Source: Leucoraja erinacea
Taxonomy: Eukaryota
NCBI RefSeq assembly: GCF_028641065.1
Contig: NC_073398.1
Location: 19,716,001 to 19,780,000, forward strand
DNA length: 64,000 bases
Direction of reading: 5' to 3'
Positions 22,445-34,435 of this stretch are shown here, in pieces (position 1 is the first letter of the stretch; every line of letters starts with the position of its first letter). The translations under genes were made by a program, and so were the position numbers. The notes under the pieces were generated by a model. The model saw nothing but the letters and a program-made list of their open reading frames with translations. It did not search any database and was not told the origin of the DNA.

Positions 22445-24621
22445 TAATTAGCAGTTAAGGATCAAGATGTTTGAGACTCCTGCACAAATACTGAGGTTCT
22501 GAACTTGTTGGTCGAACCCAATGTGATTTTTTGATGGTCCTCTGAAAATTGGATTTCACATGGAATCTAGGAGGCAGAGTTCATAATCTCCATTGAATCT
22601 GCACTGGCCTCATCCTGGTACAGGAACAATGAGACCATTCGTCTGAAAGGAGACAAATGGACACACAAATATGAAGGTTAAACATAGGCTAAATTACAAT
22701 GGCCTGGAGATTTAATTAAAATTATTATAATTATCTAAGTTGCCAAATGTTCCCTCCATAACTGTGCTGAAAATTGAGGCTCCCTTGCCAGTGTGTATGG
22801 CACCAGATAGTCAGGGGCATCCAGAAACATACTAAGTGACTGGTGCTTTAGTATGTATGTCAACAATAGTCACAGGTGTCTTGATATGGTCAGCATCTGC
22901 TAGTCCATTATTGTAGTAATTATTGTTATGATAATAATAAAAATTGTTTTATGCGTGCCATGATTCCTAATTCGATACAGAGTAAACATTAGAACCAATG
23001 CCAAATTATCTGCGACATTAGTTTGACTATCAGAGCACGCACTCTTTGATTTCATTCTGCAGGTAAATTTCTTGACGTGAGGCTGTTTCCCAATCACAAA
23101 GTAAAGCCATTTTACAAAACATGTGCATCATTTGGTGAGAAAAAGGAGATTCCAACAACAAAATACAGTCCAAAGATGAGATTTTAAGAACAGAGGCGAT
23201 ATTGTGAGCTGTTGGCATTGAAACTGTTTATAACATTAGTGAAATCTCCACATGGTATTTTGTAAATGACAGCATAGATCATGATAGATATGAAGCAAAG
23301 ATCTATGTCAGGCAAAATTCATAGAAAAGAATTAAAGGGGCGCACATTCTTCCTCTGGCAAAATGACCCTTGTTGTCCTCCATTGCACAGTTGCTGAGGA
23401 ATTTCTCCAGCATGATTCTGAACAGCAACAAACAGGAAGGTGCCAGAATCTGATCTCTGGGCTGTGCTGAGTTTGGACACAAACTGTAATGTCACAATCT
23501 GCTCGGTTTAGAAATCGAAAATATTAGCCAGCCTTGCTGTTTCTGATGGATATCCAGAGATTCCGGCTGCAAGATATGCATCTGGATGGCTGAGGATTAT
23601 AGAATCAAGGTGCACTCTGCCAACATTTTGTCTCACGTTTTGGCTATTCAAGTGAGCGGTTGGAGATGTGCATCAAGACCATTAACCTGCATTTCTACAT
23701 TTGGATATTTGGACATTTAGATGTAGAACATAGAACAGTATAGTACAGGAATGTTTGTGCCAAACATGATGCCAAGCTAAATTGATCACATCTACCTTTA
23801 CCATATCCCTCATTCCTTATACTTCCATGCGCCTATCTAAAAGCCTCTTAAACACCACCATCAGACACTTTGTGTCTTTTTTCAGGGAGATTTGGACATT
23901 TTTAAACCCCACTATAGTCACAGATGCTTTGACTTCTATGGTAATTATTAGTATTGCTGCATTAACAACAGTGAGAGTCATGTTGAAGGGAAAGAGATGC
24001 ATTCTTTGAGTTATGTTCTTTGAGTTACGTTCTTTGAGTTGTGTTCTTTTGAAACTTGAATGCCTTTGATATCCCAATTTAATGAAGCTGAACCAGGTTC
24101 ATTGACAAATACCCACAATAAAACCAGCCTGTAAGTGTGCTGCAAATGTCACCAGTAGTAGGAAAGCAAGTGTAGAATGAGAAACAGAATTTCTCTAATA
24201 AGTGTGGATACTCTTTGGTGATGTTTACTAAGGTGGAAATAAAACAAGATTTATTTTTCTATTTTTGTTCCATTACATTATACGCTTTATCTTTCCTTCC
24301 ATCATCAAATCAGAATGTTAAAAACTTCTGACCTGCATCTGCACGGAATGATTTTGCCCCACAATCAATTCTCTACTCGTTCACAAGACCTACTTCAAAT
24401 TTGCACCACTGCACAAGGTGCTCCTAATGTAATTTCCTTTGCATCAGCAAGGCCAGCTTAGACTAGGCTACCATTTCACTGAGCACTTGCCAAAGCCTGC
24501 TGGAGCTGCCACTTGTTAACCATTTTAACTCTCCTTCCCTTTCCCATACCAACGTTTCTGCCCTTGACCTCTTCCATTGCCAAAGTGAGGCCACACACAA
24601 AATGGAGGAGCAGCTCCTTTA

Positions 24622-25370
24622 GGGGCGGCATGGTGGCGCAGCGGTAGAGTTAGCTGCCTCACAGTGCCAGAATCCTGAGTTTGATGCTGACTATGATGCT
24701 GTCTGTAAAGCGTTTGTATGCTCTCCCCGTGACCACGTGGGTTTCCTCCCACACTCCAAAGATGTGCAGGTTTGTAGGTTAATTGTCTTTGGTAAAATTG
24801 TAAATTGAGCCTGCTGAGGAGCCTGCTGCAGACTTACCTACGTGGAGCTGGCCGGCTTCGGGGCGTGGAGAGCGGCGGTGGCGCGTTGATGCGGCCCGGC
24901 TCCGGTGGATGGAACACGGGGAGCTCGCGGATCCCCGGTGGGAGGCTGCTTTGCGGGGCACCAGCAGCGGCGACTTCTCCCGCCCGAATTGCGGGGTTGA
25001 GAGTGACCTGGAGGGGGGCCCTACAACGCCCGGCGCGGCCTTAATTTGCCGCGGACTAGCGCCCGCCGGGGGCTTTGACCTCGACTTCGGGAGGGAAATG
25101 GAGTGCAGGGGAGAGACAAGAACTTTGCCTTCCATCACAGTGAGGAGGAGAGCCACTGTGATGGATGTTTAAATTGTCTTTGTATGGCTAAAATTTTCGT
25201 TTGAACCTTGTGAGGTTCAAATTAAAGTATTGTAGTATTGTATTGTATTGTATTGTATTGTATTGTATTGTATGTAGGTTTGTGCTTGAGTATGGGGATC
25301 AGTGGTTGACATGGACCCAGTGGGCCAAAGGGCTTGTTTCGACATGGTATCTCTAAAATCTAAAGTCTAA
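24622..25370 (+). mobile_element. HE1-type SINE split by a nested retroposon
   Basis: Head ggggcggcatggtggcgcagcggtagag; tail gggccaaagggcttgtttc...ctctaaaatctaaagtctaa. Confidence 0.8.
24808..25272 (+). mobile_element. GC-rich non-autonomous retroposon with (TATTG)n tail
   Basis: Core ttgccttccatcacagtgagga; stem-loop tttgaacct-tgtg-aggttcaaa; (tattg)n. Confidence 0.7.
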
Positions 25371-25924
25371 TATGCCCCTTAGTTAGTATACAACCAAATG
25401 GTATGAACATTTCCAAATTATTTTATCCCCCCCCTATTCTTTCCCCTCCACCCAGATCCCTTTGTCGAGCTTTTACCTTATTTTCTTATCTGACGCCCTT
25501 TTGTCTTCTTTTCACCTCCAGCCTTTGACACTTACTCCATCCATCTGAAAATCACTCCCCCCTCACCTGTATTAACCTATCACTTGCCAGGCTTTGTCCT
25601 GCCCCCACCTCTTTTTCAGCTGTCTCCCTTCTTCTCCACCACTCTGAAGAAGGATCCTGATCCGAAACATCGTCCATCCATTCTCTCTACAGATGCTGTC
25701 TGACCCATTGAGTTCCTCCAGCATGACTTTGCCCAATGCACCTCCTGCCTGCATAGTTATTTTAGGCAATTGTTGGTGTTCTGTGAAAGGTGTGGCTTCA
25801 TTATTGCAGGGTAAAACTAACAACAAATTCTACAACTAGCTTTGCATACTTATATGTAGACGCCAACTTCCTCTGGATCATTAATTTGCTGGAAAAATCT
25901 TCATAGGTATTACTACGGCAGAGT

Positions 25925-26450
25925 AAATCAGATTCAGATTCAGATTCAGATTCAATTTTAATTGTCATTGTCAGTGTACAGTACAGAGACAACGAAATGC
26001 ATTTAGCATCACCCTTGAAGAGCGACATAGCAAACGATTTGAATAAAAAAATATAATAAGTGTCCGGAGGGGGGGGTGGTGGGGGGGGGGGGGGGGATTG
26101 GCAGTCACCGAGGTACGTTGTTGAGTAGGGTGACAGCCGCCGGAAAGAAGCTGTTCCTCGACCTGCTGGTTCGGCAACGGAGAGACCTGTAGCGCCTCCC
26201 GGATGGTAGGAGGGTAAACAGTCCATGGTTGGGGTGAGAGCAGTCCTTGGCGATGCTGAGCGCCCTCCGCAGACAGCGCTTTCTTTGGACAGACTCAATG
26301 GAGGGGAGCGTGGAACCGGTGATGCGTTGGGCAATTTTCACCACCCTCTGCAATGCCTTCCGGTCGGAGACAGAGCAGTTGCCATACCATACTGTGATGC
26401 AGTTGGTAAGGATGCTCTCGATGGTGCAGCGGTAGAAGTTCACCAGAATG
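25925..26450 (-). mobile_element. Rex1/Babar LINE ORF 3' end, little diverged
   Basis: Open frame 26105-26461 FYRCTIESILTNCITVWYGNCS..DRKALQRVVK.AQRITG...RNSFFPAAV; (gaatct)n tail. Confidence 0.92.
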
Positions 26451-26519
26451 CAGAAATTCAAGTATAATTATCTCTAGACATGGACTAAACTCCGACAACA
26501 AAGCAATGGCTTGTATAGT

Positions 26520-26705
26520 CAGTGTAGAAAGGATCTGCAGATGCTGTTTTAAACCCAAGATAGATACAAAATTCTGGAGAAACTCAACGGGCCATGCAGC
26601 ATCCTTGGAGAGAAGGAATGGGTGATGTTTTGGGTCAAGACCCTTCTTCAGACTGGAGTCAGGAAAAAGGAAATGAGAGATATAGACGGTGATGTAGAGA
26701 GATGT
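26520..26705 (-). mobile_element. Penelope-derived pLTR arm
   Basis: ctgcagatgctg...gatagatacaaaattctggag...cccttcttcagactg. Confidence 0.65.
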
Positions 26706-27037
26706 AAAACAGCTTTGAACAAATTGTTACAAAGTGAACAACCAGAGCTGTCTCCCACCCGTCCCCCTCCCCACTGTTTCAAGGAACCTTTGGGGATTGC
26801 TGTTTTATATGTATCAAATGCTACTTTCATCTTGAAAAAAATACAGCATTTCCTTTAAACAAAAAGGTTAAATAATCATAATAATATGTACTTTTATAGT
26901 GCAATTGGTTTCAGTTTTATGCTGAGGTACCGCTTTGATTTTCCATTCAGGTCTGTTAAATCCAATGGTAAAGGAGTAGGGTTTTTATAATCACAGAGGA
27001 ACATATTGAGCAAGAGTTTTTTTAATATCAGTCATGC

Positions 27038-27132
27038 TCAGTCTGAAGAAGGGTCTCGACCCGAAACGTCACCCATTCCTTTTCTCCAGTGATGCTGTTT
27101 AACCCGCTGAGTTACTCCAGCTTTTTATGTCT
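27038..27132 (+). mobile_element. Penelope-derived pLTR arm with an intact hammerhead-like core
   Basis: ctgaaga-a-gggt-ctcg-accc-gaaac-gtc at 27043-27070. Confidence 0.7.
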
Positions 27133-27620
27133 TATCCTCACTTAGTGTCATTTTGGTTGATTGTTTAAAAAGCTGAAATTCAAGCAACGTGCCAGGATTG
27201 TGGACTGCACTTTGAGCTCAGTCTCGGCGGAACACTGCATCATCAGCATTAATGTCCTTTTAAAATGTTTCACCATGCAATGAGCAGTTCAAAGCTTTCC
27301 TTGCGAATATTTTGTTCTGAACCAAGACTACCTACCAGCGGATTAACTGCTGCTTCAGCTCACAGCTGCTGCTAAAATGTTGCTTGCACAACGCAATTGC
27401 TGGATTGTGTTGAATAATATTCTCTGCATACTGTAAACCTTGTACTGCCGGCATTTTAATGGGAGCCTCACAGATCGGGTTAACATCATTAAAGTTTCAA
27501 GTCAGTTATTAGTTATGGTTGCTGTGCATACTGCTGCCATGTAAATAGATAATTGTATTCCTTTTTCCTAACACTCTCTAAGTGACTTGAAGTACTGAAC
27601 AAATCCCCCTGTTTAGCCTA

Positions 27621-27825
27621 AGATAGACACAAAATGCTGGAGTAACTCAGCGGGACAGGCAGCATCTCTCGAGAGAAGGAATGGGTGAATGGGAAGACCT
27701 TTCTTCAACCCGAAACGTCACCCATTCCTTCTCTCCAGAGATGCTGCCTGTCCTGCTGAGTTACTCCAGCATTTTGTGGCTATCATTGGTTGAAACCAGC
27801 ATCTGCAATTCCTTCCTCCACACTT
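27621..27825. mobile_element. Penelope-derived fold-back element with 12-bp TSD
   Basis: ctgtttagccta at 27609-27620 and 27826-27837; long inverted arms. Confidence 0.8.
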
Positions 27826-28271
27826 CTGTTTAGCCTAGTATATGCAGTCACTGCAGAGTCCCCCGTTCCATGCACACAGTAATGTACGCATTACCTCTAC
27901 ACTTATATTCACTAGGTCACTCATTGTCAAGTTTCTGTACAGTTCCATCCTGATCATCAATGTTGAGATCCTGCAAGACAGGGGGCCATGGAAATGCCAT
28001 TACATGAGTGGGCTCAATAATCCCAAACCACAATCCAGATGCAGAAGCTTTTAGAAGGAGCTAAACCATAATCTGACTGTCAAAATTGACAAAACTTCAG
28101 AATGTTTCTGAAAAGTAAAATATTTGAATTGCAATATAAAAACGAAACCCAAACATTTAAAACACTTAAATGTTCTTACGAACAAGACATATTTTATGGA
28201 ACTTTCAAAAAAGTCATAAATTGATTAAACCTCAGTTTGAAAGATGCCATCCTACACCAGGTCTCCCCTGC

Positions 28272-28657
28272 ACATGTAGGAAAGAACTGCAGATGCTGGT
28301 TTAAACCGAAGATAGACACAAAAAGCTGGAGTATCTCAGCGGGTCAGACAGCATCTCTGGAGAAAAGGAATAAGTGACGTTTGAGATCAAGACACTTCTT
28401 CTTCAGCTATCCCTTTTCTCCTGAGATGTTGTCTGACCCGCTGAATTCTTGATTAGTATGGGGTTATGGGGAGAAGGCAGGTGAATAGGGTTAGGAGGGA
28501 GAGATAGATCAGCCATGGTTGAATGGTGCAGCAGACTTGATGGACCAAATGGCCTAATTCTGCTTTTATCACTTATGACCTTATGTCACTCCAGAGTTAC
28601 TCCAGCTTTCTGTGTCTATCTTCAGTAAATCAGCATCTGCAGTTGCTTCGTACACAA
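28272..28657. mobile_element. Penelope-derived fold-back element interrupted by a CR1 3' UTR (about 28445-28585)
   Basis: Inverted arms; inserted ttgattagtatggggttatggggagaaggcagg...cttatgaccttatg. Confidence 0.7.
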
Positions 28658-29047
28658 ACTAACCTCAGTCTTTCCTTAACTGCATCAATAACCACTGGAT
28701 ATTTGATTTATCAATTAAAGCATCATTGTTGGTCAGGAATATGTGTTGCTCCAGACTTTCATGATTGTGTCACAAAATTACATTGAAATTGAGAATTCCT
28801 TGCATCCTGTTAAACAGAAAGCATTGTCCCTCACATATTCAGCAAGCAAGAAATGTCAAGGTAATTCAGCATTGACATTAGGAGAAAATATTTGCTTAAA
28901 GCAATCTTTTGCAACCACATCGAAAATGATGTAAATTTTTGGTATAACATATCAGTTTCTTAAGGAAAGTTTAATGAGATGCTGCACAGACTCTCACTTC
29001 CAAAAACACCACTACTTTGTAATAAAGAGACCAGGGTCTATGTTAAG

Positions 29048-29832
29048 ATTAAGAAAGAACTGCAGATTCTGGAAAAATCGAAGGTCGACAAAAATGCTGG
29101 AGAAACTCAGCGGGTGAGGCATCTATGGAGCGACGAAATAGGCGACGTTTCGGGTCAAGACCCTTCTTCAGACTGATGTTTTGAGGGGGGGGGGAGGGGC
29201 GGGAAAAAGAAAGGAAGAGGCGGAGACAGTTGGCTGTGGGAGAGCTGGGGAGGGGAAGGAAGGAGAGAGCCAGGACTGCCTGAAATTGGAGAAGTCAATG
29301 TTCATGCCGATGGGGTGTAAGCTACCCAAGCGAAATATGAGGTGCTGTTCCTCCAGTTTGTGGTGGGACTCACTCTGGCCATGGAGGAGACCCAGGACTA
29401 AAAGGTCAGATTAGGAATTCGGGGGTGACTTTACACCACAGCGGTATGAACATTGACCTCCAATTTCAGGTAGTCCTTGCTCTCTCCCTCCTTCTCCTTC
29501 CCTTCCCAGCTCTCCCAAAGCCTACTCTCCGCCTCTTCCTTTCTTTTTCAAGCCCCCCTCCCCCAAACATCAGTCTGAAAAATGGTCTTGAGCCGAAACA
29601 TTGCTTATTCCTTCACTCAATAGATGCTACCTCACCCGTTGAGTTTCTCCATCATTTTTGTCTACCTAAGTTCCATGTTAAGATAGACACCTGAAATCCT
29701 CAGTCTGAAGAATGGTCTCGACCCGAAATGTCACCCATTCCTTTTCTTCAGAGATAATGCCTGAGTTACTCCAGCATTTTGTGTCTATCTTCGGTGTAAA
29801 CCAGCATATGCAGTTCCTTCTTACACACAAGA
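29048..29832. mobile_element. Penelope element: inverted GIY-YIG/pLTR copies plus a further arm
   Basis: Minus strand encodes DLLVLGLLHGQSESHHKLEEQHLIFRLGSLHPIGMNIDFSNF; plus-strand mirror from about 29425; flanking repeat tctatgttaag at 29037-29047 and 29833-29843. Confidence 0.8.
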
Positions 29833-32384
29833 TCTATGTTAAGCTCACTTGCTTGAGCAATTAGAGCAGAACAGCGGCATTTCGCTACTGATTTTGCTAT
29901 TAATGCAGGTTTTTACAGTCAGATGAGGCAGGGATCTGAAGGCGAGATTTGCATTTTAATCAACTCCTCAAGGTTTTCTTTTGCATTCTATTGACCTTAT
30001 CGAAACGAATAAAACTTCCATGATAAAATGTTATAATCTTACAAGGGAATATATCTTGGTATTCTTTGTACATGTGCTGCTTGCATCTTATTTTCTATTT
30101 AGAATACAAAATAACATTGCTCAGATTTGTTTGGGTTTGCTATCCATTCTGTGCATGGAAATTAAGAAGTTCATAAGATCTAGGAGCAGAATTAGACCAT
30201 TTGGCTCATCATGTCTACTCTGCCATTTAATAGTAAGATTAAATGAGAACTTACCAGTTTGAAGTTTGATCTTGATTTTATGAGGAGTTACGATGAGCGA
30301 TTACGTGAAGAAGGGCCGTCCATCTGCGTGCCCGTCAATCTTCAAAGCAGCGGTGTTAAATCACAGATAAAAAGAAGACCTGAGAATAGTAAGATTGTGA
30401 AGAAACTAGAACTTCCATGTGACCTTGATAGTATGAGGGTGGGAGCGGTGGGCATGTAATCGCTCATATAATAATGTTATTAAACATTCGTGATCCAGCA
30501 TCTGTCACCGTGTTATATCTACCTCGTAGATTTCCCAAATATTCCTCTCGATACACCAGTGCCAAATGAGGTTCGACAATCTGTCGTAAGATACAGATTT
30601 TACACCACCCTCGTTAATGGATATGACACCGCAGTGGTGTTATCAATCTGAATTTGAACAAGCACCGGTTGCATATCGCTACAGAGAACCTTGAGTCCAT
30701 ATTGTGCCCCCAACAATTCTGGGTAATTGATTCCATGTGTTGGGGAATTACAGACTCCTGCTCATTCCATCTGCCCCCACAGCTTTAGACTGTGTTGTTG
30801 TTTCCCCCATCCTTGCCGCTTGCATAGGTCTGAAGAACCCTCGATGGCTTTCGAGCAAAATTTCCCTGAGCTGTCCCATAGTTATTCAACAATGGCCTCT
30901 GCTGGCATCCATAGTTTGCCAATTCGGCCTGCATGTAATCTGAGTGTTCGTTCCTTTGCTTGCTGTAAGTTCTGGTAATGCAAAGGCCCATACTGCTGGG
31001 AATGCAGCTACTATTTGCCAATTACACTCGCTGTTTGCCTGATAGATGGCTAGAATTTGACTATCAGGTCATTGCAGGCTTAATTAATATTGTCGTTTGC
31101 CCCTAGGCAAAGTCACCAACATATTTACTGTTTTTGTTAGTAAATTCTAGGTAATCAATTACCCTTGTAGGTGTCAATTTTGATTTAACTGGATGGATGA
31201 GGTAACCAATTCTTTCAAACAGGGTTTTGGTTTGCTTGACTGATGCTTCTGCCAATTCTTGGTGACTCCAAAATGAAAATGTCCTCCAAATATGCCATTA
31301 CTATGTGGTTTTGAGACCTTTGTAGTCCCAGAATTGGTTTCCGTTGTTTAGTCAATAGTCTAGGAGCTGATGTCAACCCATTTGGCAGAGCCATGCCATC
31401 CAGTTAAACTTCAAATATCTCCTGTTCTTAATGAATAGACACAGAATAGTATGCATCTTTGAGGTCGATGCATGCCATGTGACCATTTTATAGGAAGCTC
31501 CTATAAAACAGTAAGTTAGACCGTAACAAAATATTGCTGTTTCTAAAAGTCTGTACTGCACAAATGAATTAAACCTGGATGAAGTGACATCCTCCATCTG
31601 TCACCTGTCCTGGAAGGCAATCCTGCCCAAAATACTGGGCCTGCCTTGAAGACAATTCCGGTTCGAGTTCCAAGTCTGCTTGGAACCTATGTATGTTGTG
31701 CAGTAAAAAATAATCACATGTTGTTATCTGTTTTTTAAAACCAGATCTGAAATTCATGTTATTGTCATTTTGAACAAAAACACAAGAGTAAAAATTACCA
31801 ACATGTAACTGGTCCACAATCCCTTGTTTCAGTAAACCCAGACCCACCTACCACCATGGCTACCGGTGGTCTTGTGGTAAGCCCAAAGGCCCCTGATGCG
31901 GGTTCCTTTTCTCTCCTTGATTGGTAGTTGGACTGGTAGGGAGTGTGGATTCCATGTTTCTCCTGACCTCTGCTTAGGTCTTGGTCTGAAACCTTATCAT
32001 ACTGAGCCTGCCTTGTCGGACAATTCTGGCCATAATTCTGAGTCTGCCTTGAAAGACGACTCTGATCATATTTCCGTGCCCAGCTTTCAAGCTACCACCG
32101 GCTTCAGTGAACCGCTTACCCCCTATGGAGGTGTGGGGTGTGTTGTCGCCTACTGATGAAGTTTGCTTGTCGTTGGTCCCTTGATTGGTCCGACAGCTTT
32201 TGCTTCCTTCTTCTGGTCTTACCTGAAGAGAGGATTCGGCGGCTGGTTTCTCCAAAGTCACCCTGATAGCGCTGTTCCCTTGCCGGCATTTGTGTGGATA
32301 TTCTGCCAACTGCTGCCTCTTGAGGCCATATGCATGTGCTTCAGTATGTTCATACTTTAATTCGAGATCAGTTACCTACTGATC

Positions 32385-32453
32385 TCGAAACCAAATTTCT
32401 TTTGAACGTTATATGACGTTCAAATGACAAATAAATGGTATTGTATAGTATTG
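32385..32453 (+). mobile_element. Extremely 5'-truncated Rex1-type tail with 27-bp TSD
   Basis: taattcgagatcagttacctactgatc at 32358-32384 and 32454-32480; stem-loop tttgaacgt/acgttcaaa; aataaa; (tattg)-like tail. Confidence 0.75.
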
Positions 32454-32923
32454 TAATTCGAGATCAGTTACCTACTGATCACTCACACTCCCCTCCATTG
32501 AGAGTGAGATTTGTAGGTAGCCCTGAAAACAGGTGCTGCCGCAGGCCCCTGAGGATACCTGTGCTGACATGGCCCCTCCTGCGGGCCTAAATGAGATTCT
32601 TGTTTTGGGTCTGAAACTGACCGTGAATGCTCCTCTCCTCAGAGCAGGAGACATTTTCTAGATCTCTATCCAGGGAAGCACCCAGTGGAACCTGGATGAT
32701 TGCAGAAGTATTTATTTTCTTTTGTGCTTATTATTTATTTTATGGAAAGCTCTTTGGTGCAAGTTAACGTAAACAGTGCTATATAAATAAAAGTTACTTA
32801 CTTACTTCCTTTCTTCTGCTTGTCCCTGAGTCAACGGGTTGTTTGACGTGGGTGGATTTTCCTGTACTACAGGACCACCAACGGAGCTCTCCTCCTGCAA
32901 CAAGTCTCCTGCCGGTTCAGCTG

Positions 32924-33192
32924 CCGGCGCTAATTGTCGTGAAACACCGTTGCCCGCTACTGGGAAATGCTGCGGTCTTCGGCAGCCGACTTCCCTGCGG
33001 ACCGTCTCCTCGACATCTGGGCCCTGAAGCTGCAAAATGTCTCAAGCCCGAAAGAATGCCGGCGCTAATTGTGGGAAACACCGTTGCCCGCTACCTGGGA
33101 AATGCCTGCGGCCTGGGCAGCCGACTTCACAGCGGACCTCTCCCGACATCTGGGCCCTGAAGCTACAAAATGTTTCAAGCCCGAAAGAATGC
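32924..33192. repeat. ~135-bp tandem duplication in the DIRS 5' region
   Basis: gccggcgctaattgt...caagcccgaaagaat occurs twice. Confidence 0.85.
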
Positions 33193-34179
33193 AGGTAAGT
33201 GATTCAACTTTCCTTACCTGCCCATCCTAACGGCCTGGGAGGACACAGTGCCTCCGTCCTTCGCGTGACTCCGAAGTAAAATCATGGCTGATCTATCTTT
33301 CTATCTCAGGCCTTCCACCTGCCATTGCCCCATAACCGCTTACGCCCTTACCAATCAAAGTGTCTTGTGGATGCGTGCAATGTTAAGAATGAAAAGAAAA
33401 TGTAAATAAATATGCTTGTGTCAGGGAATTTCTGTGATGCAAATTTTTACTTTCCAAGAAGGCACTAACTTTAAGATAAGGGGAAACAAGCCCAAACTGG
33501 CTCTCTGGGATTGGTTCCAATTAGGCAGAAAGAATGCAACTTCTAAATGTAAAATCTGGAAATGCAACGTACCTTGCTAACCACAAAATATTTTGGCAGT
33601 TAATAACCATTAACAATTAAATACATAACCTGAAACATTAACTGTTTCCCTTTCCCCAGATGCTACCTGTCCTTCTGAGTGCTTCCACAATTTTCTGCTC
33701 TCATTTCAGATTTAGGCCTAGGTTTATTTTTGTCACCCGTACTGAGGTATTGTGAAAGGTTTAGTTTTACATGGTTGGATCAAATCAAACTGAGGTATCG
33801 TGAAAAGGTTTTGTTTGACATAGTTGGATCAAATCAGATAATATACATAAATACAATTATGACAAAACTCAAACACGATAGGTAGAGCAAAGGATAAGAT
33901 ACAGAACGCAGAATATAGTCCTCAGCATTGATGCAGCCTGACCTGCTGAGGTACTCCAGCATTTTGTGTCTTTCCTTGGTAAATCAACATCTGCAGTTCT
34001 TTTTCTCTCAGTAATGACGATGGTTTGGTCTTCCAGCTATTTCATCATCCATTTCACCATGATCCTGGCACTGCCGCTACCTGCTTTCCACTTCCTCACC
34101 TGTCTGACCTCCTTCCCAATGACAACAAACAGCCCTGTAGAAGATTCATTGGTGACCAACATGAACCATGGCCATCATC

Positions 34180-34435
34180 TAGAGTGAATGTGGAGAGGAT
34201 GTTTCCACTAAGTGGGAGAATCTAGGACCAGAAGCCACAGCCTCAGAATAAAAGGACGTACCTTTAGAAAGGAGATGAGGAGGAATTTCTGAAGTCAGAG
34301 GGTGGTGAATCTGTGGAATTCATTGCCAAGTCAATAGATATTTTTAAAGTGGAGTTTGATAGATTCCTGATTAGCATGGGTGTCATGGGTTATGGGTAGA
34401 AGGCAGGAGAATGGGGTTGAGAGGGAAAGATAGAA
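34180..34435 (+). mobile_element. CR1/HER1 LINE 3' fragment
   Basis: RVNVERMFPL, aaggagatgaggaggaatttc...ctgtggaattcattgcc and UTR. Confidence 0.85.

Larger units (their letters stand above)
24465..25722 (+). mobile_element. Penelope-like element GIY-YIG C-terminus and pLTR, interrupted by nested insertions
   Basis: HFNSPS..., EATHKMEEQLL| resumes ...QPNGMN after the SINE; hammerhead-like motif at 25644-25671. Confidence 0.7.
30229..33282 (-). mobile_element. DIRS1-like retrotransposon copy 2, both termini present, internally deleted
   Basis: Left end homologous to 4195; right end gtgactccgaagtaaaat matches the ICR of copy 1; RT IDLKDAYYSV (31441-31469) and YLED (31281-31292); RNase H QIDNTTAV; empty site restores the CR1 UTR gccatttaatcatggctgatc. 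Confidence 0.9.

Noticed and set aside
22450-22670. Minus-strand exon after the acceptor ttgtctcctttcag
   Set aside because: Stops in all three frames and no good donor.
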